Shown here: positions 44,810-54,459 of the stretch, piece by piece
Position numbering within the stretch: the stretch's first letter is position 1
How the letters are laid out: each line of letters starts with the position of its first letter
Notes under the pieces: model-generated
What the model was told of the DNA's origin: nothing
Seen by the model: only the letters and a program-made list of their open reading frames with translations
Databases searched by the model: none
From: Oscillospiraceae bacterium
GTDB lineage: Bacteria; Bacillota; Clostridia; Oscillospirales; CAG-272
DNA length: 64,000 nucleotides
Direction: 5' to 3'
Assembly (NCBI GenBank): GCA_015065285.1
Contig: SVQP01000002.1
Location: forward strand, 40,209 to 104,208
Program-made: the position numbers and the translations under genes

Positions 44810-45203
44810 AAAAAGGCTGAGTCAAGCAATGGGTGATGTCCTTATCGGAGAAATTTTATAAGGGGTATGGGCATAGCCCTGCGCATTTGTTAAACAAATG
44901 CGAAACTGGCAATAAAAGCAGAAGAGAGAGTAACGCGGTTACAAATTTCCGCGAAGCTCTCTCTTTTTCTGCTTTTTTAGTGATATTCTTTGCTTTCGCA
45001 AAGAGTGATATTATTGCTACCGCAATAGTGATATTGAAGCCTTGCGGCTTCAGTGGTATTTTATTCGCCTTCCAAAACTTGCGTAGCAAATATCACTCGG
45101 CATAAGCCGAATATCACTGCGTAGCAATATCACTCGCCGAGAGGCGAATAAAACTGGCGTGATACTCCGCTTGGAGTATTACGCCAATTTGACTCAGCCT
45201 TTT
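44810..45203. repeat. terminator stem split by a 363-bp hairpin-rich insert
   Basis: aaaaaggctgagtcaa (44810-25) and ttgactcagcctttt (45189-203) are perfect complements separated by 363 bp of nested repeats. Confidence 0.7.
44979..45155. repeat. imperfect palindrome built from 4 forward AGTGATATT and 4 reverse AATATCACT 9-mers alternating with mini-hairpins
   Basis: Forward copies at 44979, 45004, 45027 and 45052 (the last degenerate). Reverse copies at 45089, 45110, 45126 and 45147 (the last degenerate). Confidence 0.8.
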
Positions 45204-45205
45204 GT

Positions 45206-45745
45206 TTAGCCCGAAAAGTCCTCGATCAGGTCGCAGAGCTCCTGCTCGGAATACAGCACAATGCCTGCGGCAAGCTGTTCGCGATCAGCGCGCGGCAGGG
45301 TCGCAACCGAGACGTTGATCGTGCGTAAAAGCGTACCGTCCGCCCCGTATACGCCAATGCGTCCGTCAAGCTTGCGCACCGTGTAAAGCGCCTCGCGGTC
45401 TTCGGGCTGCACGGCGGGCGGGGTATTGTTCTGCATTGCCTGCGTGCTGTCCTGCTCGGTCGTCTGATTTTCTGTGTCGGGCGCGGGCAGCGTTTCGGTT
45501 GCAGCGTCTTGCTTTGTTTCTTGCTCCTGTGTGCTGCCGTCCAGATATTGCATGGCATCCGCAAAGGCTTGCTTGGAGCTGTTGAGCTGGGCGTGCAGGG
45601 AGCTTAATACAGTGATGACAGAAGAACGGTAATCGCGGAAGGATTCGGCTGTGTTACCGGCAATCACCGCGCATACAACCGATGCTCCCACCGAAAGAAT
45701 AGTAACGCATAGCAAAATGGCAAAGGCAATTTTCAAAGATTTCAT
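45206..45745 (-). CDS. hypothetical N-terminally anchored protein
   Basis: 179 aa with signal/anchor LLCVTILSVGASVVCAVIAG, a T/Q/E-rich linker and a small C-terminal domain. Divergent from the PBP gene. Confidence 0.65.
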   Translation of the reverse strand: MKSLKIAFAILLCVTILSVGASVVCAVIAGNTAESFRDYRSSVITVLSSLHAQLNSSKQAFADAMQYLDGSTQEQETKQDAATETLPAPDTENQTTEQDSTQAMQNNTPPAVQPEDREALYTVRKLDGRIGVYGADGTLLRTINVSVATLPRADREQLAAGIVLYSEQELCDLIEDFSG

Positions 45746-45833
45746 ACTTGCACCTCACAAAAATTATTGCATGATTATTTTTGCCCGAATTGACAGGTCT
45801 ATGCAAATACGACTCAAAAAAGAGGATTTGTGT

Positions 45834-48161
45834 ATGAAAAGGCTGATAAGAGTTGCAGCGATTGCACTGGTGGCAATCATGCTGATCGGTACTGCGGGCT
45901 GCGCGGGAATCGGGCTTGCGCTCGCACCCTATAAGGACAGCCGATTGGATGAGGAACTGCTGCATATTGCGCGCACGGGCGGCACCTCGCGCTTGTATGC
46001 CTATGCGTTTTCAAATCGCGCTGCCAGAGAGGGAGAGGCTTATGAGATAGGACCCTTGTGCGGTGGCAGTACCTATTATGAATTCGCCTCCTATGATCAG
46101 ATTCCGCGTGCCTTGGTGGATGCCTTTGTTGCAGTGGAGGATAAGCGCTTCTGGGAGCACCCGGGCGTGGACTTTTTGCGCACGGCAGAGGCAGCGCTTT
46201 CGTATGCGCAGATCAAGCTTTTCGGCAAGGGCGGCAAGCCGTTCGGTGCCTCCACCATTACCCAGCAGCTGGTCAAAAACCTGACGGGAGACGACCGCAT
46301 CAGCCTTGAGCGCAAGCTATCTGAAATGTTTTCGGCACTGGATCTGGAAAAGCAACTTGATAAGCGCGGGATTATGGAAACCTACCTAAACGTCATTAAT
46401 CTGGCAGACGGCTGCCGCGGTGTGGGAGCGGCTGCCAAGCATTATTTTTCAAAGGAGGTAAACGAGCTGAGCATTGGTGAATGCGCCTGTATTGCCGCTA
46501 TCACCAACAATCCCGCGCGCTACAATCCCATCACGCACCCCGAGCAGAACGAGCACCGCAGACAGCTGATTCTTTCCTGCATGCTTGCGCAGGGGTATCT
46601 GAATGAGCAAGATTATCAGCGCGCCGCGCAGCCCATTGCGCTTGCGCCCGAGGTGCAGAGCGGTGAGCGCATTGCCTCGTGGTATGAGGATATGGTGGTC
46701 TCGGACGTCATCAACGATCTGTGCAGCACCTACGGCTATAGCCGTGCGGTGGCAGGCACTATGGTGTATTCGGGCGGCTTGCGCATTTATGCCGCTATGG
46801 ATGAGAGAGTGCAGCGCGTTGTGGAGCAGTATTATGCCAATGCAGATCTGTTCACACCGGAAGAGCGCTCCTGTATGATGATCATCGACCCTGAAACGGG
46901 GGATATCCTTGGCGTGGCGGGTGCTGTGGGCAAAAAGACTGCCAACCGCTTACAGAATTATGCCACGGACAGATGCCTGCCACCCGGCTCTGCCATCAAG
47001 CCGCTTTCGGTGTACGCGCCCGCGCTGGAGCAAGGGATTATCAACTGGGCAAGCGTGTACGATGATGTGCCGCTGCGCTTTGAGGGAGGCAAGCCCTGGC
47101 CAAGAAACGCGCATTATGCCTATCACGGCTTGACAAGCGTGGCAGATGCGCTTTCCGAATCGGTCAATACGGTAGCTGTGGAGATCCTGGAGGAGCTTGG
47201 CAGGCAAACGTCGCTGTCGTTTTTGCAAGAGCAGCTGGATATGCACTCGCTTGGAAAGCGCGATACCACGCAGGCAGGGCTTGCACTGGGGCAATTTGAG
47301 CACGGTGTGACGCTGCGTGAGCTGACCTGTGCCTATACCGTGTTTGATTCGGGGCAATATCTGCCATGGCGCTCATATTTTTACGTGACCGATGCGGACG
47401 GTGTGCCGCTGCTGAGTCATACTGTGCAGCCAAGAGAGGTGCTGCGGGAGCAGAACGCTGCGATCATGACCAAAATGCTGCAGGCGGTGGTGCAGAGCGG
47501 CACGGCAAGGGGAAAGGTTTCGCTTGCAAATACCGTGGAGGTTGCGGGCAAAACGGGCACAACACAGCGCGGTGTGGATCGGTGGTTCGTGGGCTACACA
47601 CCGGCAGCACTGGGCGGTGTGTGGACGGGATACGATTATCCTGCAAGGCAGGGAAGCATTGAAGGCAACGTCAGCATCACGGTGTGGGATGAAGTCATGA
47701 CGCTCTTGTATGACGCAGGAATTTTTGAAGGTGCTCCTACTGAATTTTCTGTGCCGCAGGGCGTGCAGAGATGCCATTATTGTGCCGATTCGGGCAGGCT
47801 GCCGGGATATGCCTGCAGCTGTGATCTGCGCGGCTCGCGCAGCCGCACGGGGTATTTTACGGCAGATAATCTGCCCTTGGGGGAGTGCGATACGCACGTG
47901 CTGGTTTCGTATGACGCAGTGTTTGGCGGCGTGGCAGGCGCACTTTGTCCGCTTGATGCAATCAAGGATGCAGGACTGCTCAGGCGTCACCGCAGCTTCG
48001 GGCAAGAGGTGTATATCAGAGATGCACCGTATTTTCTTTGGGAAACGCCGCCTGCCGAAGGGGAGTGGCGCGGCACGTGGTTTGCCACTCCGAGTAAAAC
48101 GCTGCAGTGTCCGGCGCACGTGCAAGAGCAAGAGGAGTCGGACACGGAACCGATCGAATAA
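45834..48161 (+). CDS. class A penicillin-binding protein (glycosyltransferase + transpeptidase)
   Basis: ATG 45834 (MKRLIRVAAIALVAIML). GT51 motifs EDKRFWEHPG and GASTITQQL. Transpeptidase motifs PGSAIKP and KTGTT. Confidence 0.9.
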   Translation: MKRLIRVAAIALVAIMLIGTAGCAGIGLALAPYKDSRLDEELLHIARTGGTSRLYAYAFSNRAAREGEAYEIGPLCGGSTYYEFASYDQIPRALVDAFVAVEDKRFWEHPGVDFLRTAEAALSYAQIKLFGKGGKPFGASTITQQLVKNLTGDDRISLERKLSEMFSALDLEKQLDKRGIMETYLNVINLADGCRGVGAAAKHYFSKEVNELSIGECACIAAITNNPARYNPITHPEQNEHRRQLILSCMLAQGYLNEQDYQRAAQPIALAPEVQSGERIASWYEDMVVSDVINDLCSTYGYSRAVAGTMVYSGGLRIYAAMDERVQRVVEQYYANADLFTPEERSCMMIIDPETGDILGVAGAVGKKTANRLQNYATDRCLPPGSAIKPLSVYAPALEQGIINWASVYDDVPLRFEGGKPWPRNAHYAYHGLTSVADALSESVNTVAVEILEELGRQTSLSFLQEQLDMHSLGKRDTTQAGLALGQFEHGVTLRELTCAYTVFDSGQYLPWRSYFYVTDADGVPLLSHTVQPREVLREQNAAIMTKMLQAVVQSGTARGKVSLANTVEVAGKTGTTQRGVDRWFVGYTPAALGGVWTGYDYPARQGSIEGNVSITVWDEVMTLLYDAGIFEGAPTEFSVPQGVQRCHYCADSGRLPGYACSCDLRGSRSRTGYFTADNLPLGECDTHVLVSYDAVFGGVAGALCPLDAIKDAGLLRRHRSFGQEVYIRDAPYFLWETPPAEGEWRGTWFATPSKTLQCPAHVQEQEESDTEPIE

Positions 48162-48199
48162 AAATATCACCCCATGCATAGTTTGTATGGGGTGATGTT

Positions 48200-48688
48200 A
48201 TGAGACGAGAAAAGAGCAGTGCCGCATTGACCTATGCATTGGTGTTCGGCGCGTTGCTTTCGCTTTGCGCAATGGGAGTCAGATTCTGGTGGGGCGCACC
48301 CAATGCAACCATTGCGCAGATGGGGATCAGAGAGCTGATCCCACCCGTCTGGCTGCTCAGCCTTTTGTGGCTGATCTGGTATTTTTTGCTGGGAGCGGCA
48401 CTGGGGTACGTGCTTTGCAACTTTGGCGCTTCGTGTATCGGGGCATGGCGCGGTGCGTTTTTCTTCTTGCTGATGATTTTCGTTGGCTTTTTGTGGTATC
48501 CCTTGTTTTTCGTCAAGCAGAATATTTTTCTTTCTTTGCCCATCATATTCGCGGTATTGCTTCTGTGCTGTGTGTGCGCCTTGCATTGGCAAAGCCTTTC
48601 TCTTGCGGTGGGCGCGGTTTTTTGGTTACATGCGCTGTGGCTGTTGTATATGCTTATTTTGCAGATCATCTGCCTTTTAGGTGTATAA
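48200..48688 (+). CDS. TspO/MBR-like tryptophan-rich membrane protein (tentative)
   Basis: 162 aa with 5 hydrophobic helices. PPVWLLSLLWLIWYFLLGAALG resembles the TspO PPxW...W..LY...G motif. Confidence 0.55.
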   Translation: MRREKSSAALTYALVFGALLSLCAMGVRFWWGAPNATIAQMGIRELIPPVWLLSLLWLIWYFLLGAALGYVLCNFGASCIGAWRGAFFFLLMIFVGFLWYPLFFVKQNIFLSLPIIFAVLLLCCVCALHWQSLSLAVGAVFWLHALWLLYMLILQIICLLGV

Positions 48689-48770
48689 AATGTGCAAAAA
48701 AGCAGTTGACAAATAAGAAAAAATGCAGTATAATAAACATGACAATAAAATCCAAAAGGAGAATAATGCA

Positions 48771-49202
48771 ATGAAACTTTACAGAGTATTGGCGCTGGCA
48801 CTTGCGATTGTCATGATTGGATGCGTTGTAATCGCTTGTGACCAAAAGGAGCCTGAGGTCACCAAGAAGAGCATCAAGGTTGCTTTCACCATCAAGGATG
48901 GTCCCGATAAGAACAGTGAGATTCTTGCACAGGATGCTGCTTACGAGTATACTTACACCGGCGATAAAGAGCCTACCGTAATCGACGTTTTGATCGACGT
49001 ATGCGAGTTGGAAGAGCTGACCATTGAGTTCGAGGACGAAACTCAGGAAAGAGTTAAGAAGATCGGCAGCAAGAGCGCAGGCAAGGGCGAATACTGGACT
49101 TACGCACTCAACGGTGAAAACGACAAGGATAACCCCATGTACGTTCAGACCGTTAAGGAAGGCGACATTATCGTTGTTTATCTTGCTTCCTTGAGCGATT
49201 GA
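48771..49202 (+). CDS. lipoprotein, DUF4430-like (tentative)
   Basis: ATG 48771 follows aaggag. It has a signal peptide with Cys. The C-terminal ...YWTYALNGENDKDNPMYVQTVKEGDIIVVY pattern is typical of DUF4430. Confidence 0.55.
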   Translation: MKLYRVLALALAIVMIGCVVIACDQKEPEVTKKSIKVAFTIKDGPDKNSEILAQDAAYEYTYTGDKEPTVIDVLIDVCELEELTIEFEDETQERVKKIGSKSAGKGEYWTYALNGENDKDNPMYVQTVKEGDIIVVYLASLSD

Positions 49203-49213
49203 TTTAAAAAAGC

Positions 49214-49244
49214 AAAAAAGAACGGGCTTGCCCGTTCTTTTTTA
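49214..49244. terminator. bidirectional intrinsic terminator
   Basis: aaaaagaacgggc-tt-gcccgttctttttt between convergent genes. Confidence 0.85.
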
Positions 49245-50327
49245 TCTGATAATGCCGCCGCCTATGACGGTATCTCCATCGTAAATGACCACCGATTGAC
49301 CCGGGGCTATGGCACGCTGCGGCGTATCAAACACCACGTGCAGCGAGTCGTCACCCGTCTGTGTGACGGTTGCGGGGGCAGGTGCGTGCTGATAGCGGAT
49401 TTTGACTTGTGCGCGTACAGGCGCGCTCAGTCTTTCCTGCGCGATCAGATTGATGCGATCGGCATCCAGCTCGCTTGTAAAAAGCGCCTCATTGCGGCAT
49501 AGTGTGACAGTGTTATCCGCTGCGTTCTTGCTTTTGACGTACATGGGCTCGCCAAGCGCAATGCCCAGACCCTTTCGCTGACCCACCGTATAATGAATGA
49601 TGCCCGCGTGCTTGCCAAGCACCAGACCGTCCTCATCCACAAAATTGCCGCAGGGGTAAGTTGCCCCTGCTTTTTTTGTAATAAACGCAGCGTAATCTCC
49701 GTCCGGCACAAAGCAGATGTCCTGACTGTCGCTCTTGTGCGCGTTACAAAGTCCGTGCTGTGCGGCAATCTCGCGTGCCTGCACCTTGGTCATCTCGCCA
49801 AGCGGAAAGAGCGTGTGCGAGAGCTGGTGCTGCGAGAGCTGCCAGAGAAAATAGGTCTGATCCTTACTTGGATCAAGTGCGCGCTTGAGCAGGTATCTGC
49901 CATTTTCACCTTGCTCGATTTGCGCATAGTGTCCTGTAGCGATCTTGTCGTAGCCCATTTGCAGTGCCGCATCCAGCAAGGCACCGAATTTCATATGCTT
50001 GTTGCAAACAATACAAGGGTTGGGCGTTCTGCAGCACTGATATTCGCTGATGAAATCTTCAATCACCGTATCTTCAAATTGCTTGCCGAAATCCAGCACC
50101 GTATGCGAAATACCCAGCAGATCACACACAGCGCGCGCGTCGCGCACGTCGTTGTCCGAGCCGCAAACGCGCCCCTCGGTCTGATCCGGCGCGGGTCTGT
50201 AAAGCTTCATGGTGCAGCCGCCCGCATCGTAGCCCGCCTTTTGGCAAAGCAGGGCAGTCACGGCACTGTCTACCCCACCGCTCATGGCAACGCAGACCTT
50301 CAATTGCTTGGTAGATTGTGCACTCAC
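49242..50327 (-). CDS. mnmA: tRNA 2-thiouridine(34) synthase
   Basis: 361 aa with the PP-loop AMSGGVDSAV and MnmA C-terminal domains. Confidence 0.9.
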   Translation of the reverse strand: MSAQSTKQLKVCVAMSGGVDSAVTALLCQKAGYDAGGCTMKLYRPAPDQTEGRVCGSDNDVRDARAVCDLLGISHTVLDFGKQFEDTVIEDFISEYQCCRTPNPCIVCNKHMKFGALLDAALQMGYDKIATGHYAQIEQGENGRYLLKRALDPSKDQTYFLWQLSQHQLSHTLFPLGEMTKVQAREIAAQHGLCNAHKSDSQDICFVPDGDYAAFITKKAGATYPCGNFVDEDGLVLGKHAGIIHYTVGQRKGLGIALGEPMYVKSKNAADNTVTLCRNEALFTSELDADRINLIAQERLSAPVRAQVKIRYQHAPAPATVTQTGDDSLHVVFDTPQRAIAPGQSVVIYDGDTVIGGGIIR

Positions 50328-50833
50328 GGCAGGTCCTCCCAGTTATATTCGGTCAGCGCCCCTTCGGTCTGCAGCTGTGCAAAGTCATCCTGGCGCAGCA
50401 CCTCGTAAACCGCAATGGCTACCGAGTTGGAAAGGTTGAGCGAACGCAGGGTGGGGCGCATGGGAATGCGCACGCAATCATCGGGATGAGCGGCAAGCAG
50501 CTCCTCGGGCAGTCCTCGTGTTTCCTTGCCGAACATGAGATACACCTCGTCGGGGTAGGTCACCTCGGCATAATTGTACTTTGCCTTGGTGGAGAAATAA
50601 TAGATCTTGGCGTCGGGGTGCTTTTGATAAAAATCATCAAGCCCGTCGTAGTAGGTAATATCCAGCTTGTCCCAATAGTCAAGACCTGCGCGCTTGAGGT
50701 GTTTGTCGGTTACGGTAAAGCCCATGGGGCGAATGAGGTGCAAAGATGCACCGGTTGCAGCACAGGTGCGAGCAATGTTGCCCGTGTTCTGAGGGATCTC
50801 GGGCTGGTGCAGAACAATGTTTATATGCTTCAT
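50324..50833 (-). CDS. trmL: tRNA (cytidine/uridine-2'-O-)-methyltransferase TrmL
   Basis: 169 aa SpoU/TrmL type with IPQNTGNIARTC and LNLSNSVAIAVYE motifs. Confidence 0.85.
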   Translation of the reverse strand: MKHINIVLHQPEIPQNTGNIARTCAATGASLHLIRPMGFTVTDKHLKRAGLDYWDKLDITYYDGLDDFYQKHPDAKIYYFSTKAKYNYAEVTYPDEVYLMFGKETRGLPEELLAAHPDDCVRIPMRPTLRSLNLSNSVAIAVYEVLRQDDFAQLQTEGALTEYNWEDLP

Positions 50834-50989
50834 AAGGGAAAATCCTTTCGTGAACTGTCTTTATTATAGCGTTTCGTGCCCGTGTTTTCAAGTATTCTCC
50901 GAAAATTTACAAATATTTTATGTATTACAGTAATTTATGGTATATAATATGGGGTATATAATGCGACATAGTGTTTTTTGGAGGAATAT

Positions 50990-53743
50990 ATGAGTCTTTT
51001 TACCAAGATCTTTGGCACCTATAGTGAGCGTCAGCTCAAGGCGATCAGAAAAACTGCAGATATCATCGAGGGTCTGGCTCCCAAGTATGCGGCTATGAGC
51101 GACGAGGAGCTTCGGGGCACGACCGCGATTTTGAAAAACAGACTGGCACAGGGTGAAACGCTGGATGACATTCTGCCCGACGCGTTTGCCGCCATCCGCG
51201 AGGCGGATGACCGCGTGCTTGGCAAGCGCCCCTTTTACGTGCAGCTGCTTGGCGGTATTGTGCTGCATCAGGGCAGAATTGCCGAGATGAAAACGGGTGA
51301 GGGTAAAACGCTGGTAGCCACCATGCCCGCATACCTCAACGCGCTCAACGGCAAGGGTGTGCATATCGTCACGGTCAACGACTACCTGGCACGCTACGGC
51401 TGCGAGGAAATGAGTCGTGTGTACGGCTTTATGGGCTTGACGACCGGACTTGTGGTGCATGGCATTACCAACGCGCAAAAAAGAGAGGCGTATGCTGCGG
51501 ATATCACCTACGGTACCAATAACGAATACGGCTTTGACTACCTGCGTGACAACATGGTGGTTTATAAGGAAAACATGGTGCAGCGCGGACACGCCTTTGC
51601 CATTGTGGACGAGGTGGACTCGATCCTGATCGATGAGGCGCGTACCCCTCTGATCATTTCGGGTGCCGGCGATAAGCCCACCGATATGTATGAAAAGGCA
51701 AATGCGTTTGTCAAAACGCTGACCAAGCACGTTGTCAAGGAGCTGGACTCCAAGGAGCAGCATGACGACGTTGAGGCTGACTATATCGTGGACGAGAAGG
51801 CAAACAATGCCATCCTGACCCCCAGAGGCGCCAAGAAGGCAGAGCGATTCTTCGGACTGGAAAACTATTCGGATCAGGAAAACGCGACTGTTGCGCACCA
51901 CGTCAATCAGGCAATTCGTGCACACGGCTGCATGCACCGTGACGAGGACTATATCGTCAACGACAAGGGCGTTATCATTGTCGATACCTTTACAGGCAGA
52001 CTGATGTACGGTCGTCGCTATTCGGACGGCTTGCATCAGGCGATCGAGGCAAAAGAGGGCGTTGTCATCGAAAAGGAAAACAAAACGCTGGCAACCATCA
52101 CCTTCCAGAACTATTTCCGTATGTACGGCAAGCTCTCGGGCATGACCGGTACAGCACTGACCGAGGAAGAGGAATTCCGCGAGATCTATTCGCTGGACGT
52201 TGTGGAGATTCCCACCAATATGCCCATGATCAGAGAAGACCACAGCGACGTGGTTTATAAGAACGTTGAGGGCAAATACAGAGCCATTATTAACCAGATC
52301 AAGGAGTGCCACGAAAAGGGACAGCCCGTGCTGGTGGGTACCGTTTCGGTTGAAAAATCCGAAATGCTCTCCGCAAGGCTCAAAAAGGAAAAAATCCCGC
52401 ACCACGTGCTCAATGCAAAGTACCATGATAAGGAAGCCGAGATCGTAGCGCAGGCAGGTAAGTACGGTGCCGTTACCATCTCCACCAACATGGCAGGCCG
52501 TGGTACCGATATTATGCTGGGCGGTAACCCCGAGTTCATGGCAAAGGCAGAGCTGCGCGCGCAGGGCGTGGACGAAGCGCTTATTGCAGAGGCAAACGGT
52601 CCCTCGCAGACCGATGATGCATCCATCCTCTCGGTCAGAGCCATGTACGACGAGCTGTACAAGAGCTTCAAGGAGCAGATCGCGCCCGAGGCACAAAAGG
52701 TCAGAGAAGCAGGTGGCTTGTTCATTGTGGGCACTGAGCGCCACGAGAGCCGTCGAATCGATAACCAGCTGCGCGGTCGTTCGGGCAGACAGGGTGACCC
52801 GGGTGAATCCCGTTTCTTCCTCTCTCTTGAGGATGATCTGATGCGTCTGTTCGGCTCTGAGCGTATCACCGGCGTGGTGGACCGCATCGGTATGACCGAT
52901 GATACCCCCATCGATGCCAAGATTCTTTCCGGCAGCATTCAGACTGCTCAGCAGAGAATCGAGGATCAGAACTTCAAGCGCAGAAAGTACGTGCTGAGCT
53001 TTGACGACGTCATGAATCAGCAGAGAAATATTATTTATTCGCAAAGACATGAGGTGCTGGAGGGCAACGATATCTCCAACCGCATTTTGCACATGATCGG
53101 TGAATCGATCAAGGACAACGTGGCAGCCTTTACCGGTGACGAGGGACCCGAGACCTGGAATCTGGACGGCTTGCGCGCAGCATATATGGGATACCTTTGC
53201 GACGAGGATGATTTCAGATATGATGAAAAGGCGCTCTCCAAGCTGACCAAAAAGGAGCTGGAGCACTACCTGATGGAAAAGGCTGAGGCAAAGTACAACG
53301 AAAAGGAAGAGCTGTTCGGCGAGCAGACCTTCCGCGAGGTCGAGCGTGCCGTACTGCTTCGTAACGTTGATACCGCGTGGATGGATCATATCGACGCCAT
53401 GGATGATCTCAAGGGCAGCATCGGCTTGCAGGCATATGCGCAAAGAGATCCCATTACCGAATACAGAATCGTGGGCGGTGACGCGTTTGACGCCATGGTC
53501 AACGATATCCGTGAAAAAACCATCCGCACCCTGCTTTCCATCGTGCCCAAGCCTCGCGAGGAGGTGCAGCGCGTGCAGGTAGCGAACCCTTTGCAGGATG
53601 GCTTTGAGGGTCAGGGGAAAAAGATTGTCAAAAAAGTGACCATCGTGCGCCGCGAAGCGCCCAAGATCGGCAGAAACGATCCTTGCCCCTGCGGTTCCGG
53701 CAAGAAATACAAGAATTGCTGCGGCAACGAAAACAAGGGCTGA
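50990..53743 (+). CDS. secA: preprotein translocase ATPase SecA
   Basis: ATG 50990 follows ggagg. MKTGEGKTL Walker A and the C-terminal zinc motif CPCGSGKKYKNCCG. Confidence 0.95.
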   Translation: MSLFTKIFGTYSERQLKAIRKTADIIEGLAPKYAAMSDEELRGTTAILKNRLAQGETLDDILPDAFAAIREADDRVLGKRPFYVQLLGGIVLHQGRIAEMKTGEGKTLVATMPAYLNALNGKGVHIVTVNDYLARYGCEEMSRVYGFMGLTTGLVVHGITNAQKREAYAADITYGTNNEYGFDYLRDNMVVYKENMVQRGHAFAIVDEVDSILIDEARTPLIISGAGDKPTDMYEKANAFVKTLTKHVVKELDSKEQHDDVEADYIVDEKANNAILTPRGAKKAERFFGLENYSDQENATVAHHVNQAIRAHGCMHRDEDYIVNDKGVIIVDTFTGRLMYGRRYSDGLHQAIEAKEGVVIEKENKTLATITFQNYFRMYGKLSGMTGTALTEEEEFREIYSLDVVEIPTNMPMIREDHSDVVYKNVEGKYRAIINQIKECHEKGQPVLVGTVSVEKSEMLSARLKKEKIPHHVLNAKYHDKEAEIVAQAGKYGAVTISTNMAGRGTDIMLGGNPEFMAKAELRAQGVDEALIAEANGPSQTDDASILSVRAMYDELYKSFKEQIAPEAQKVREAGGLFIVGTERHESRRIDNQLRGRSGRQGDPGESRFFLSLEDDLMRLFGSERITGVVDRIGMTDDTPIDAKILSGSIQTAQQRIEDQNFKRRKYVLSFDDVMNQQRNIIYSQRHEVLEGNDISNRILHMIGESIKDNVAAFTGDEGPETWNLDGLRAAYMGYLCDEDDFRYDEKALSKLTKKELEHYLMEKAEAKYNEKEELFGEQTFREVERAVLLRNVDTAWMDHIDAMDDLKGSIGLQAYAQRDPITEYRIVGGDAFDAMVNDIREKTIRTLLSIVPKPREEVQRVQVANPLQDGFEGQGKKIVKKVTIVRREAPKIGRNDPCPCGSGKKYKNCCGNENKG

Positions 53744-53745
53744 TC

Positions 53746-54438
53746 ATGGGCTGGGGAATTTTATTTATCGGATATTTTCTGGCATTCTTTGTGCCCGTGC
53801 CGCCGCTTGCACTGGCAGGGCTTGCGCTGGTTGCCTTTGCGATCTGGAAGCTGATGGATTACCGAGCGGAATTTCGCGCGGCAATGTATTGGCTGATTCC
53901 CATAGCAGCCTGCTCCTTGGCGGAAAGCCTTGTGTTTGCTTCAAAGATCTTGCCGTATCTGGGCATCGCCTTGCCCGAAATGCCGTGGCTGAGCATTGCC
54001 ACTGCCATTGTTTCCATGGTCAAGTGCGCTTTTGTGCTGTGCTTTCACGCAGCCTTTATGCGCCAGGTGCGCGCGTTTGCCTTTGAGCTTGAGCTGTCCG
54101 CCATTGCAAAAAGAGCGGATTGGGGGCTTTGGCTTGTGGGCGTGCAGAGCAGCTGCTATATCGTAGCCATGCTGCTGGAGCTTGTGGGCTGGGGACTTGA
54201 TTTGTTCTCGGCACTGGCATACCTTTTGCAGTTCGTATGGGCGATCTTCAACCTGATCAACCTGTTTACCTGCTATATGTATATCTGTCCCGAAGGGGAC
54301 GAAGCCATGGAGCGCAAGCCCTCCCGCTTTGCCTTTGTCAACGAGTTCCGTGAGAAAATGGACGAGCGTGACAGAATGGCAAGAGAGCGCGAGGCAGAGC
54401 GTATCAAGCAAAAGAAGAATCACAAAAAACATAAATAA
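53746..54438 (+). CDS. uncharacterised polytopic membrane protein (230 aa) with basic/acidic C-terminal tail
   Basis: ATG is 2 nt after the secA stop. About 6 hydrophobic helices. Tail ...ERDRMAREREAERIKQKKNHKKHK. Confidence 0.65.
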   Translation: MGWGILFIGYFLAFFVPVPPLALAGLALVAFAIWKLMDYRAEFRAAMYWLIPIAACSLAESLVFASKILPYLGIALPEMPWLSIATAIVSMVKCAFVLCFHAAFMRQVRAFAFELELSAIAKRADWGLWLVGVQSSCYIVAMLLELVGWGLDLFSALAYLLQFVWAIFNLINLFTCYMYICPEGDEAMERKPSRFAFVNEFREKMDERDRMAREREAERIKQKKNHKKHK

Positions 54439-54459
54439 TCCAAGAGAGGAGAGAGACTG

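Noticed and set aside
44979-45155. CRISPR array hypothesis for the 9-mer/hairpin array and for the REP modules at 18.8-19.4 and 22.4-23.2 kb
   Set aside because: The repeat unit is only 9 nt, the spacers are 7-16 nt and partly palindromic, and half the copies are inverted. The REP modules are irregularly spaced and non-identical. There are no cas genes in the window.
50920-50962. secA promoter from the duplicated tatataat boxes (50941-48 and 50955-62)
   Set aside because: The -10-like boxes are clear, but I could not find a -35 hexamer at 16-18 nt for either, so I made no call.
50918-53443. 841-aa ORF on the minus strand
   Set aside because: It lies antisense to secA, which is unmistakable. 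This is a shadow ORF.
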